From: Nannocystis bainbridge
Lineage (GTDB): Bacteria > Myxococcota_A > Polyangia > Nannocystales > Nannocystaceae
Reading direction: 5' to 3'
Assembly: GCF_028368995.1 (NCBI RefSeq)
Contig: NZ_JAQNDL010000001.1
Coordinates: 2,496,001-2,560,000, forward strand
Length of the DNA: 64,000 nucleotides
Under the pieces are notes generated by a model. The model was not told the origin of the DNA and ran no database searches. It saw only the letters and a program-made list of their open reading frames with translations. Numbering within the stretch: position 1 is the first letter of the stretch; the number at the start of each line of letters is the position of its first letter. Made by a program: the position numbers and the translations under genes. This document shows positions 49,924-58,257 of the stretch, piece by piece.

Positions 49924-52668
49924 ATGAGGGTCATGCCCGTCCAGCCCGGGATCGACGGCGACGCCGACACTCTCGGCGCCGACCGGTTGTCCGCGCCGTC
50001 GCCGCCCGACCCGACGCGCGAGACCGACGGTGGCTCGTTCCTTAGCACCGAGGCCGCGGGCGAGCCCGGCGGCACCCGGCGCAGCCGCGGCCCCGCCACC
50101 GGCGACGAGATCGGCGACTTCACGCTCGAGCGGCGCCTCGGCGAGGGCGGCATGGGCGTGGTGTTCGCCGCGTGGAGCCACAAGCTGGCCCGCCGGGTCG
50201 CCATCAAGATCCCGACCCGCAGCCTCGACGAGGTCGCGCGCGCCCGCATCGTCCGCGAGGCCCAGAGCCTGGCCCAGGTCGACCACCCCCACGTGGTCCG
50301 CGTGTACGAGATCGGCGAGGAGGGCGAGAACCTCTTCATCGCCATGGAGCTGGTGGAGGGCGTCACCCTCCGCAGATGGCTGACGGAGGCGCCGCGCGGC
50401 TGGCGGGAGATCGTCCAGATGTACCTGCAGGCCGGCCACGGGCTGGCGGCGGCGCATCACCAGGGGCTGCTGCACCGCGACTTCAAGCCGAGCAACATCC
50501 TGGTCGACGGCGAGGGTCGCGTGCGCCTGATCGACTTCGGCCTCGCGCGCATGCGCGACTCGAGCCGCGACATCGCGGCGACGGTCGACGGCGACGAGCC
50601 CTCGGGCCCCGAGTTCGTGCTGACGAGCCGCGCCGGCACGCCGCGCTACATGGCGCCCGAGGTCTACGACACCGGCGCGACGGTCGACGCGCGCAGCGAC
50701 CAGTACTCGTTCTGCGTCGCGCTGTGGGAGGCCCTGTTCGGCGAGCTGCCCGACTGGCGCCGCTCGGCCCCGCAGCCGAAGACGGTGCCGCCGTGGCTGC
50801 TCGCGCTGCTCCGCCGCGGCCTGGCGCTCGACCGCGAGGGCCGGTTCCCGACCATGGACGCGCTGCTGGCCGAGCTGACCGCCGGCCTGCAGCCGCGCCG
50901 CCGCCGGCCGCTGGCGCTCGTGGCCCTCGCCGCGACCGTCGGGGCCGGGCTCGGCGCGGCGCTCCAGACCCTCGGCCCGGCCGAGGCCTGCGCCGAACCG
51001 GCCGCCCTCGCCGACGCGCTGTGGCCGGCCGACCAGCGCGCGGCCCTGCGAGAGTCTGGCCATTCGGTCATGTCCGTAGAGACATGGTTCTCGGAACATG
51101 TCCTCGAGTGGGCCGACGCCAGCGCCCAGGCCTGCCGGACCCGCGACGAGCTCGCCCGCGCCCGCGCGGCGACCTGCCTCGACGAGCGCGAGCAGGCGCT
51201 GCGCGCGGTCGCGTCCGCGCTGGTGGCCGCGCCCGCGGGCCCCGAGGGCGCACCGAAGCCCGGCTGGGACGGCCGCCTGGCCCTGTGGGACCGCGCGCTG
51301 CCGCCGGCCGCCGACTGCGTCGACCCGCGCCGCCTGGCCTTCACCGTCGATCCGCCGGTCCATGTCGACCTGTCCGAAACGACATGGCTCGAAGAACAGC
51401 TGCACCTGGGCGCCGCGCTCGCGCTCGCGGGCGACCCGGCGGCCGCGGCGGCGCGCCTGCACCCGGCCCGCGTGCGCGCCGAGCAGGCCGGTGATCGCTG
51501 GCGCCAGGCCCGGGCCGACCTCGCGCTCGGCGTCGCCGCCATGCACCGCGGCGACGAGACCGGCGCGCGCCGCCGCTTCGAGACCGCGGCCAGCGACGCC
51601 GGGGCCGTGGGCGACGATTTCCTGGCCGCCGACGCCTGGCGCTGGCTGGTGTTCGTCGACGCGGCCCGCGACCCCGACCCCGAGCACGCGCTGCTGCTGC
51701 TGCCGCACGCCGAGAGCGCGCTCTACCGCATCGGCCAGGCGACCGGGCCGCGCATGATCGACCTGCAGCTGTCGGCGGCGTGGGCCGAGCTGCGCCGCGG
51801 CGACCTCGACGCAGCCCACGCCCGCCTGGCCCGCGCGCTGCAACAAGGCAAGGCCGACGAGGCGCTGGCCGCACGGATCTTGCGACACCACGCAGAGCAG
51901 GCCCACCAGCGCGGGCAGTCGCTGCCGGCCGTCGATCTGGCCCGCCAGGCGCTGAGCCTGCAGCTGCGCCGCGAGGGCCCGGACTCGCGCGGCGTCGCCG
52001 ACACCCGCCAGAGCCTGGCCCGCTATCAGCTCGCCGCCGGTCAGTACGCCGAGGCCGAAGCCAACCTGCGCGCCGCCCTGGCCGTCGCCGCCGACGACCC
52101 CGACGCCCGCGAGCGCGCCAGCCTCGAGCTCGACCTCGCCGTCGTCCACTACACCCGCGACGACCTCGCCGCCGCGCGCGCGGCCGCCGATCGCGCCGCC
52201 TCGGCCTTCGCCGAGGTCGTCGATCCGCTGGCCGGTCGCGCCGACCGGATCGCGCTCGCCAAGCTCCGCGGTGACCTGTCCCTCGGGACAGACGATCGCG
52301 CCGCCGTGCGTCACTACGAGGTCGGCCTCGCGCTGGTCGCCGCCGGCCCCGCGCTGCCGGAGACGCGCGACAACGCGGTCGCCATGCGCGTCGGGCTCGC
52401 GGCCGCGCGCCGTCAGCTCGGCGACCTGCCGGGCGCCCTCGACGCCATGCGGCACGCGCTCGCCGACCTCGCGGGCGTCGCCGCGGACGTCGCCGCTTAC
52501 GCCCATGGCACCGCCGCCGAGCTCGATCTCGGGCGCGGCGCCAGGCGCGAGGCCGAGGCCCACTGTCGCCGCGCGCTCGCGCTGCTGCGCGACGACGACC
52601 CGATGGCCCGCGAGCTGCGCCAGCTGCTCGTACGGATCCGAGCCGCCGGCCCCGCGCGGCGAAAATAA
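49924..52668 (+). CDS. Ser/Thr protein kinase with TM segment and TPR-like C-terminus
   Basis: LGEGGMGVV, VAIK, HRDFKPSN, DFGLA, GTPRYMAPE and DQYSFCV motifs. Confidence 0.95.
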   Translation: MRVMPVQPGIDGDADTLGADRLSAPSPPDPTRETDGGSFLSTEAAGEPGGTRRSRGPATGDEIGDFTLERRLGEGGMGVVFAAWSHKLARRVAIKIPTRSLDEVARARIVREAQSLAQVDHPHVVRVYEIGEEGENLFIAMELVEGVTLRRWLTEAPRGWREIVQMYLQAGHGLAAAHHQGLLHRDFKPSNILVDGEGRVRLIDFGLARMRDSSRDIAATVDGDEPSGPEFVLTSRAGTPRYMAPEVYDTGATVDARSDQYSFCVALWEALFGELPDWRRSAPQPKTVPPWLLALLRRGLALDREGRFPTMDALLAELTAGLQPRRRRPLALVALAATVGAGLGAALQTLGPAEACAEPAALADALWPADQRAALRESGHSVMSVETWFSEHVLEWADASAQACRTRDELARARAATCLDEREQALRAVASALVAAPAGPEGAPKPGWDGRLALWDRALPPAADCVDPRRLAFTVDPPVHVDLSETTWLEEQLHLGAALALAGDPAAAAARLHPARVRAEQAGDRWRQARADLALGVAAMHRGDETGARRRFETAASDAGAVGDDFLAADAWRWLVFVDAARDPDPEHALLLLPHAESALYRIGQATGPRMIDLQLSAAWAELRRGDLDAAHARLARALQQGKADEALAARILRHHAEQAHQRGQSLPAVDLARQALSLQLRREGPDSRGVADTRQSLARYQLAAGQYAEAEANLRAALAVAADDPDARERASLELDLAVVHYTRDDLAAARAAADRAASAFAEVVDPLAGRADRIALAKLRGDLSLGTDDRAAVRHYEVGLALVAAGPALPETRDNAVAMRVGLAAARRQLGDLPGALDAMRHALADLAGVAADVAAYAHGTAAELDLGRGARREAEAHCRRALALLRDDDPMARELRQLLVRIRAAGPARRK

Positions 52669-52728
52669 ACCCGCCGATGTCGGATCTGCATGATCCGATC
52701 GACCTCGTCGCGCCACCCATATGCGCCG

Positions 52729-53208
52729 ATGTCGACCCGATTGAACCTCGTCCGCAGCACCCGTCCGCTGATCGCGTCGTTCGTCCCCGTGACGCTGCCG
52801 GACGGCCTCCTCACCGTGCGTTATGGCGCCAGCGGCAGCTCCCCGGTGTTCGAGTGCGTCGGCCAGCGCGTCACCGGCGGCCGCATCAACCTGTCCCGAG
52901 AGACATGGATCGCCTGGCAGGCCCGCGGGCTCGACCTGGCGATCGAGCCCGGCTCGCCGAGCCCGGCCCGCACCGTCCGGGTCACAGCCACCAGCGGCCG
53001 CCACCTGCTCAGCAGCGCCGGCCACCCGGTCCCGCTCGTCGCCACCGCGCAGCTCGGCGCTCGCCTGCTGTTCGATGGCGACGCCGGCATGAGCTTCAAG
53101 ATCGCGCTCGACGGCCTCGGCGCCGTCGAGATCGACCTCGGCGACATCAGCAGCCAGATCCGGCCCCCGCCGCCCAAGCTGCCGGTCGACGCGCCCAAGC
53201 CCAACTGA
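52729..53208 (+). CDS. Hypothetical protein
   Basis: GC3-biased ORF; no motif recognised; start uncertain (52690 or 52729). Confidence 0.6.
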   Translation: MSTRLNLVRSTRPLIASFVPVTLPDGLLTVRYGASGSSPVFECVGQRVTGGRINLSRETWIAWQARGLDLAIEPGSPSPARTVRVTATSGRHLLSSAGHPVPLVATAQLGARLLFDGDAGMSFKIALDGLGAVEIDLGDISSQIRPPPPKLPVDAPKPN

Positions 53209-53275
53209 GGGCGCAGACCTGTCTCAAACGCCACGTCTTGACGGCCGCCCGGACCGCGGGCTATTGCCGGGGTCG

Positions 53276-53785
53276 ATGTCCCGCCGCGCCCTCACCGTCG
53301 TCCTCTGCGTCCTCGGCGTGCTGGTGCTCGTCCCCTTCTGCGGCTCGTTCACGCCGCGCGAGCACATCGCCATGGAGACCGTGGTGCTGCCGGCCGCGCC
53401 CGCGGTCGTCTACGCCGCGGTGCGCGACATCGAGTCGCAGCCGAGCTGGCGCTCCGACCTCCAGCGCGTCGAGCTCCTGCCCGACCAGGGTGACAACCGC
53501 GTCTACCGCGAGATCGGCGACGACGGCGTGAACACCTTCGAGGTCGCCGAGGACATCGCCGACGAGCGCATCAGCATCGTGATCGCCGACGTCGGCCGCG
53601 CCTTCTCGGGCCGGTGGATCTTCCAGTTCGCCCCGGCCGAGGGCGGCGGCACGCGCCTCACCCTCACCGAAGTCGGCGACGTGCCCAACCCGGCCCTGCG
53701 CTTCGTCGTCGGCACCCTGTTCGGCTTCGAGGGCGCGACCCGGCGCTACCTCGGCGACCTCGAGAGCCACCTCCGCAAGTCCTGA
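53276..53785 (+). CDS. SRPBCC / polyketide cyclase-like protein
   Basis: N-terminal TM; APAVVYAAVRD...PSWRSDL..VE; FSGRWIFQF...GTRLTLTE. Confidence 0.82.
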   Translation: MSRRALTVVLCVLGVLVLVPFCGSFTPREHIAMETVVLPAAPAVVYAAVRDIESQPSWRSDLQRVELLPDQGDNRVYREIGDDGVNTFEVAEDIADERISIVIADVGRAFSGRWIFQFAPAEGGGTRLTLTEVGDVPNPALRFVVGTLFGFEGATRRYLGDLESHLRKS

Positions 53786-53792
53786 GGCGCGC

Positions 53793-54092
53793 TCACAGCA
53801 GCGCCAACCGCTCGACCGGCACGCCGCAGCGGCGCGCCGTCGCCACCTCGAGCCGCACCCATCGTGACAGTCGGCTGTGCGGCGTGGCCACGTAGAGCAG
53901 GCGGTCGGCCGAGCGGACCCATTCGGCGATCGTGCGCTGCGCCGAGGTCGACCACCGCTGCGGATAGTCGAGGAACACGAATTCGTCGCACGCGCGCAGC
54001 CGCTCGAGGTGCGCTAGCGACAGCGGCAGGTCGCGGACCGCGTAGCTGATGAACGTGCGCCGGCGGTCGAACCGGCGGAGCGGGTTAAGCAT
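53793..54092 (-). CDS. Minimal TIR-domain protein
   Basis: Box-1-like TFISYAVRD, FVFLD, SADRLLYVATPHS, and SRWVRLE carrying the Glu equivalent to the TIR catalytic residue. Confidence 0.78.
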   Translation of the reverse strand: MLNPLRRFDRRRTFISYAVRDLPLSLAHLERLRACDEFVFLDYPQRWSTSAQRTIAEWVRSADRLLYVATPHSRLSRWVRLEVATARRCGVPVERLALL

Positions 54093-54558
54093 GGTGCGTC
54101 AGCGCCAGGGCCACGAGCACGGCCACGCCGATGTAGAAGTAGAACAGCTGCGACGTGTTGAGCAGGCTCGACAGCACCGAGCCGACGGCGTCCTTCTCGA
54201 TGCCGAGCGGCGACACCGAGTTGCCGAGCCCGCGCGCCAGCCGGGCCCTGACGAGCGCCGCCGCGATCCCGCGCCGGGTCTTGCGCTGGTAGTAGTAGTT
54301 CTGCGCGTCGGCCAGCCAGAAGAACGCCAGCAGCGCCAGGCCCAGCACCGCGCACTCGATGAAGCGCAGGTCCTTGTCGGCCAGCCACACCACCAGCGCC
54401 GCGCACAGGGCCACGCACAGCTTCTTCAGCTCGAGGCACTTGCCGGCGAACTGCAGCGTCGCCGCGTGCAGTTGGTCGACCTCTTTCCACGCCACTTGCT
54501 CCTCGAACCGCCGCCGCTCGGCGGCATTCTCCACGGCGCGGGACGGCTCGGGCTTCAT
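54085..54558 (-). CDS. Small three-TM membrane protein, translationally coupled to the TIR gene
   Basis: N-terminal helix WKEVDQLHAAT...ELKKLC; hydrophobic segments LCVALCAALVVWLA, CAVLGLALLAFFWLADA and LFYFYIGVAVLVALAL; DAQNYYYQRK.R motif; 8-bp overlap with the TIR start. Confidence 0.8.
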   Translation of the reverse strand: MKPEPSRAVENAAERRRFEEQVAWKEVDQLHAATLQFAGKCLELKKLCVALCAALVVWLADKDLRFIECAVLGLALLAFFWLADAQNYYYQRKTRRGIAAALVRARLARGLGNSVSPLGIEKDAVGSVLSSLLNTSQLFYFYIGVAVLVALALTHHA

Positions 54559-55505
54559 CGGCGAGGAGACCGAGTCTGCCGCCTGCGCCGCGCGAACACC
54601 AGCAGCGGCAGCGCCCACGCCAGCGCCTCGCCCTGGCCCTCGCGCGAGATCGCACAGCCCTCGGCGGGCTCGGACATCACCAGACAGTCACCGTCGGGGC
54701 AGTCGCTCGGCAGCAGGTCGGCACCTGTCTCTTCGCGCAGCCAGGTCAGGATCGGGTACGGCACCCCGTACACGCTGTCGCCGGTGCCGCACGGGCGGAC
54801 CCCGCGGGACGTCACGCCCGCCAGCCGGTACGCGCCGCTCGCCAGGCGCACGAACGCCGGCCCGCCCGAGTCGCCGCCGCACGCGTCCTGGCCCTCGCCG
54901 CCGGCCCGGAACTCGCGCCGGCTCTTGCTGAACGTGTCGATCGGCGTGGTCATGATCCGCTTGTGACCGACGTCGGCGGTGGTCTGCAGCGGGTCGTCCT
55001 CGGCGTCGCGCACGACCCCGAAGCCGACGACGTGGATCTCGTCGCCGACGTGCATCGTCTCGTCCCACTCCTCTTGCGTGGTGAGCGGCGGCACCAGGGG
55101 GACCCCATACACGTCCTGGGCCAGGATCACGTAGCCGAAGTCCCACGCGTCCGACTTGCAGTTCTCGACGCAGGCCGTCGGGTAGGTGCCGTAGCGCTCG
55201 ACCCCGGCGATGCGCCGCTCGTCCTGGGTGTAGATCGAGTCGCCGAAGACCACCGCCATCTCCTCGAGCTTCGGCTCGTGGGTGAGGCAGTGAGCCGCCG
55301 TCAGCACCACCCGCGGGGCCACCAGCGTGCCGGTGCACAGGCTCGCGGTCGTGATCGTGTCCTGGCTGAGGATCGCCACCACCGACGTCCACTCGTCGAC
55401 CGGCACCTCCTCGCCGCCGACGATCGGCACCGGCCGCGGCGCCCCCGCGCCGAGCGGCAGTCCGCACAGGACGGAGACCAGCGCCGCGGTCGAACCTGCG
55501 AACAT
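54555..55505 (-). CDS. Trypsin-like (S1) serine protease with MYXO-CTERM-like tail
   Basis: IVGG, CTGTLVAP.VVLTAAHC, WDFG, DACGGDSGGP; tail EGCA...ALAWALPLLVFARRRR. Confidence 0.93.
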   Translation of the reverse strand: MFAGSTAALVSVLCGLPLGAGAPRPVPIVGGEEVPVDEWTSVVAILSQDTITTASLCTGTLVAPRVVLTAAHCLTHEPKLEEMAVVFGDSIYTQDERRIAGVERYGTYPTACVENCKSDAWDFGYVILAQDVYGVPLVPPLTTQEEWDETMHVGDEIHVVGFGVVRDAEDDPLQTTADVGHKRIMTTPIDTFSKSRREFRAGGEGQDACGGDSGGPAFVRLASGAYRLAGVTSRGVRPCGTGDSVYGVPYPILTWLREETGADLLPSDCPDGDCLVMSEPAEGCAISREGQGEALAWALPLLVFARRRRQTRSPRR

Positions 55506-55623
55506 GGGCGCCAGCATATCACTGCAACATCGTCCGCGCCCGCGCGCCGACGTCCGGGTTCCGACCGGCCCTTGCGGGCGGCCCCGCCCGCGGGTACTAG
55601 CCTTGACTCCAAGGAGCGTCCCC

Positions 55624-56112
55624 ATGACCGTCGCCGTCGGCAGCCCCGCCCCCACCTTCGATCTCTTCGACAACGCCAAGCAGCGCGTCACCCTCGCCGC
55701 CCAGCGCGGCAAGACCGTCGTGCTCGCGTTCTTCCCGGCCGCCTTCACCGCCGTCTGCGAGAAGGAGCTGTGCTCCTTCCGTGACTCGCTGACCGCCCTC
55801 AACGACCTCAACGCCGCCGTGTTCGGCGTCTCGGTCGACGCGCCGTTCTCCAACAAGGCGTTCGCCGAGCGCAACGGCCTCAACTTCCCGCTGCTGTCCG
55901 ACTACGCCCGCGAGGCCGTGCGCGCCTTCGGCGTCGCCCACGACGACTTCGCCGGCATGCCCGGCTACACCGCCGCCAAGCGCTCGGTGTTCGTGATCGA
56001 CCCCGAGGGCGTGGTCCGCTACGCGTGGGTCGCCCCCAACCCCGGCGTCGAGCCCAACTACGACGAGGTCAAGGCCGCCGTCTCGCAGATCGGCGCAGGC
56101 TCGGCTTCCTGA
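55624..56112 (+). CDS. Peroxiredoxin (AhpC/TSA family)
   Basis: AAGGAG RBS; VGSPAP.F.L, FFPAAFTAVC (PxxxTxxC), GVSVD, FPLLSD and KRSVFVID motifs. Confidence 0.93.
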   Translation: MTVAVGSPAPTFDLFDNAKQRVTLAAQRGKTVVLAFFPAAFTAVCEKELCSFRDSLTALNDLNAAVFGVSVDAPFSNKAFAERNGLNFPLLSDYAREAVRAFGVAHDDFAGMPGYTAAKRSVFVIDPEGVVRYAWVAPNPGVEPNYDEVKAAVSQIGAGSAS

Positions 56113-56166
56113 GCGCTCGCCCGGCTCGCCGGCCGCCACCCGCCCGCGGGCGGCGATCGACCTCGC

Positions 56167-56194
56167 AGCCCGCGGCCGCGCCGCGGGCTTTTTT
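56167..56194 (+). terminator. Rho-independent terminator
   Basis: AGCCCGCGGC-CGC-GCCGCGGGCT followed by TTTTT. Confidence 0.88.
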
Positions 56195-56197
56195 ATG

Positions 56198-56245
56198 TGG
56201 CACTTCAGACATGTCGCTTTGGACATGTCCATTCAAACATGTCAT
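56198..56245. repeat. 14-bp-phased array directly after the terminator
   Basis: Units at 56198, 56212, 56226 and 56240 with ACATGT junctions. Confidence 0.88.
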
Positions 56246-56352
56246 GCCGCTCGCTCGCGGCGTGGGCGGTCGCCCGACCCGCGTCGGTGAACGCGCGCGA
56301 CCACACGCGAGTCGCACGCCAGCCCGCGCGCGGCTCGGAGTAAAGTGCCGGG

Positions 56353-58044
56353 ATGAGCGCCCGTATCGTCGCCGCCCGGCCGTGCGCGCCGCAGTCCGCC
56401 GCAGCGCCCCCGTCGCGCCGTGAAGCCGACCCGCCGGGCGCCCCGCAGCCCGCCCTGCCCCGCACGCGCACGCGGCCGCGCCGGCGAGCGAGCCCACCGA
56501 GCAGCTCGCCGGCCGTCTTGCTGGCCGCCCTCGCGCTCGCGCCCGCCTGCTTCAGCGACGACGGCTACCACCCGGCCGGCGCCACCGCGCTCACCACCGA
56601 CGCCGACGCCACCAGCACCACGACCACCACCGGCACCACCGGCCCCGAGCCGCCCGCGACCACCACCAGCACCACCGGCGAGCCGGCGCCGGTGTGCGGC
56701 GACGGCGTCGTCGACCCCGACGAGGACTGCGACGACGGCAATCGCGACGACGGCGACGCCTGCCTCGCGACCTGCGTCGCGGCCGGCTGCGGCGACGGCG
56801 AGGTGTGGCTCGGCGTCGAGGCCTGCGACCAGGGCGCGGCCAACCATCCGACCGCGCCCGACACCTGCAGGCCGACCTGCGAGCTGCCCGCGTGCGGCGA
56901 CGGCGGCCTCTACGTCGGCCCGCTCGGCCCCGACATCGAGGTGCCCACCGGCGAGGAGGCGATCGGCGACGGCGACGACGCCCCGCGGATCCTCGGCGCC
57001 GCCGCCGACGGCAGCTTCGTCGTCGCCTGGCGCGTCACCAACATCGTCGCCAGGGTCCAGGCCCGCCGCGTCGATCCGTCCGGCGAGCCGCTCGGCGAGG
57101 TGATCGAGCTGGTCGAGCAGCCGTTCCTGCAGGTCCGCGACCCCGTCGTCGCGGCCCTGCCGAACGGCGACTTCGCGGTCGCCTGGCAGTCGCAGTTCGA
57201 GGATCCGCAGCTGCTGGTCCGCGGCGTCGCGGCCGACGAGCTCGCGCCCGCCTTCAAGCTCACCAACCGCGTCGCCGCCTCGCCCGCGCTCGCCCTCGAT
57301 CCGTCCGGCGCCCTGATCGCGGCCTACCGCGCCGGCGGCACCAAGCAGACGACCCAGATCTACCTGCGCCGCTTCCCGCTGTTCACCGAGTCCGGGAGCC
57401 CGGACGAGCAGGCGATCAGCGAGCACACCGCGGGCGCCGCCGGCTCGCCGACGATCGCGGTCCACCCCGACGGCAGCTTCCTGGTGGCCTGGAGCGACCC
57501 CGAGGGCGCGATCGTCTATCGCCGCTTCACCCCCGACCTGGTCGCCGGGCCGCTGGTCCCCACCGGCCTCCACGTCGGCGGCGGCACCAGCAACAGCGCC
57601 CTGCCGTGGATCGGCGCCGCCTTCCAGCCGACCACCGGGACCGCCGTGATCGCCGGCCGCGACCCCGACGACAGGCTCGTGCTGCAGCAGTTCGACCCCG
57701 GCGACCTCGCCCGCGGCCGCGTCCAGGTCGACGACCTGGACGCTTTGTACATCCCCTTCGTCGACGTCGCCAGCGACCCGTGGGGCAACCTCGCCGTCGC
57801 CTGGTCGACCTGCGGCGGGCCCGAGGAGGTCGAGCCGAATTGCGCCGACCTGGCCTCGGTGTCCTCGTTCCGGTGGTTCTACGCCGACCTGACCCCGCAG
57901 GGCCCGGCCGCCGTGGTCACCACCCGCGAGGGCATGCCCCACCCGCTGTCGCTCGCCGTCGCCGCCACCGGCGCCGCCGCGGTCGCCCGCGTCGAGGACA
58001 ACAAGGTCCTCCTCAACATGTCCCCGGTGCAATGTCCTCCATGA
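56353..58044 (+). CDS. Lipoprotein with Myxococcus cysteine-rich repeats and propeller-like C-domain (paralog A)
   Basis: LAPAC-FSD; CGDGVVDPDEDCDDGN; repeated DGSFVVAW. Confidence 0.85.
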   Translation: MSARIVAARPCAPQSAAAPPSRREADPPGAPQPALPRTRTRPRRRASPPSSSPAVLLAALALAPACFSDDGYHPAGATALTTDADATSTTTTTGTTGPEPPATTTSTTGEPAPVCGDGVVDPDEDCDDGNRDDGDACLATCVAAGCGDGEVWLGVEACDQGAANHPTAPDTCRPTCELPACGDGGLYVGPLGPDIEVPTGEEAIGDGDDAPRILGAAADGSFVVAWRVTNIVARVQARRVDPSGEPLGEVIELVEQPFLQVRDPVVAALPNGDFAVAWQSQFEDPQLLVRGVAADELAPAFKLTNRVAASPALALDPSGALIAAYRAGGTKQTTQIYLRRFPLFTESGSPDEQAISEHTAGAAGSPTIAVHPDGSFLVAWSDPEGAIVYRRFTPDLVAGPLVPTGLHVGGGTSNSALPWIGAAFQPTTGTAVIAGRDPDDRLVLQQFDPGDLARGRVQVDDLDALYIPFVDVASDPWGNLAVAWSTCGGPEEVEPNCADLASVSSFRWFYADLTPQGPAAVVTTREGMPHPLSLAVAATGAAAVARVEDNKVLLNMSPVQCPP

Positions 58045-58207
58045 CATGTTCTCGTGGACATGTCGCATGGAACATGCGCCGATAGACATGTCTTAAAGGG
58101 CATAACGTGGCGCTCGCTGCTGACTTCGACGCCCCACGGCCCCGCCTGACCTCACGAGCCGCCGAGCCTGCGGCCCACATGCCCCAAAGAACATGTCCCT
58201 CTCGCCA
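58019..58207. repeat. Six-unit 14-bp-phased array straddling a stop codon, plus a two-unit array
   Basis: Units at 58019, 58033, 58047, 58061, 58075 and 58089; then 58180 and 58194. Confidence 0.9.
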
Positions 58208-58257
58208 CACGTGCGCGCCCGCAGACACGCGGGGCGGACCGCGGTAGACTGATTCGC

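Noticed and set aside
56198-56245. Identifying the motif as MrpC/CRP, parS or a p53-like site
   Set aside because: As I recall, MrpC/CRP-type sites have a longer spacer (GTC-N8-GAC type, versus GTC-N6-GAC here) and parS is a different 16-bp palindrome. The GGACATGTCC resemblance to a p53 half-site has no meaning in a bacterium.
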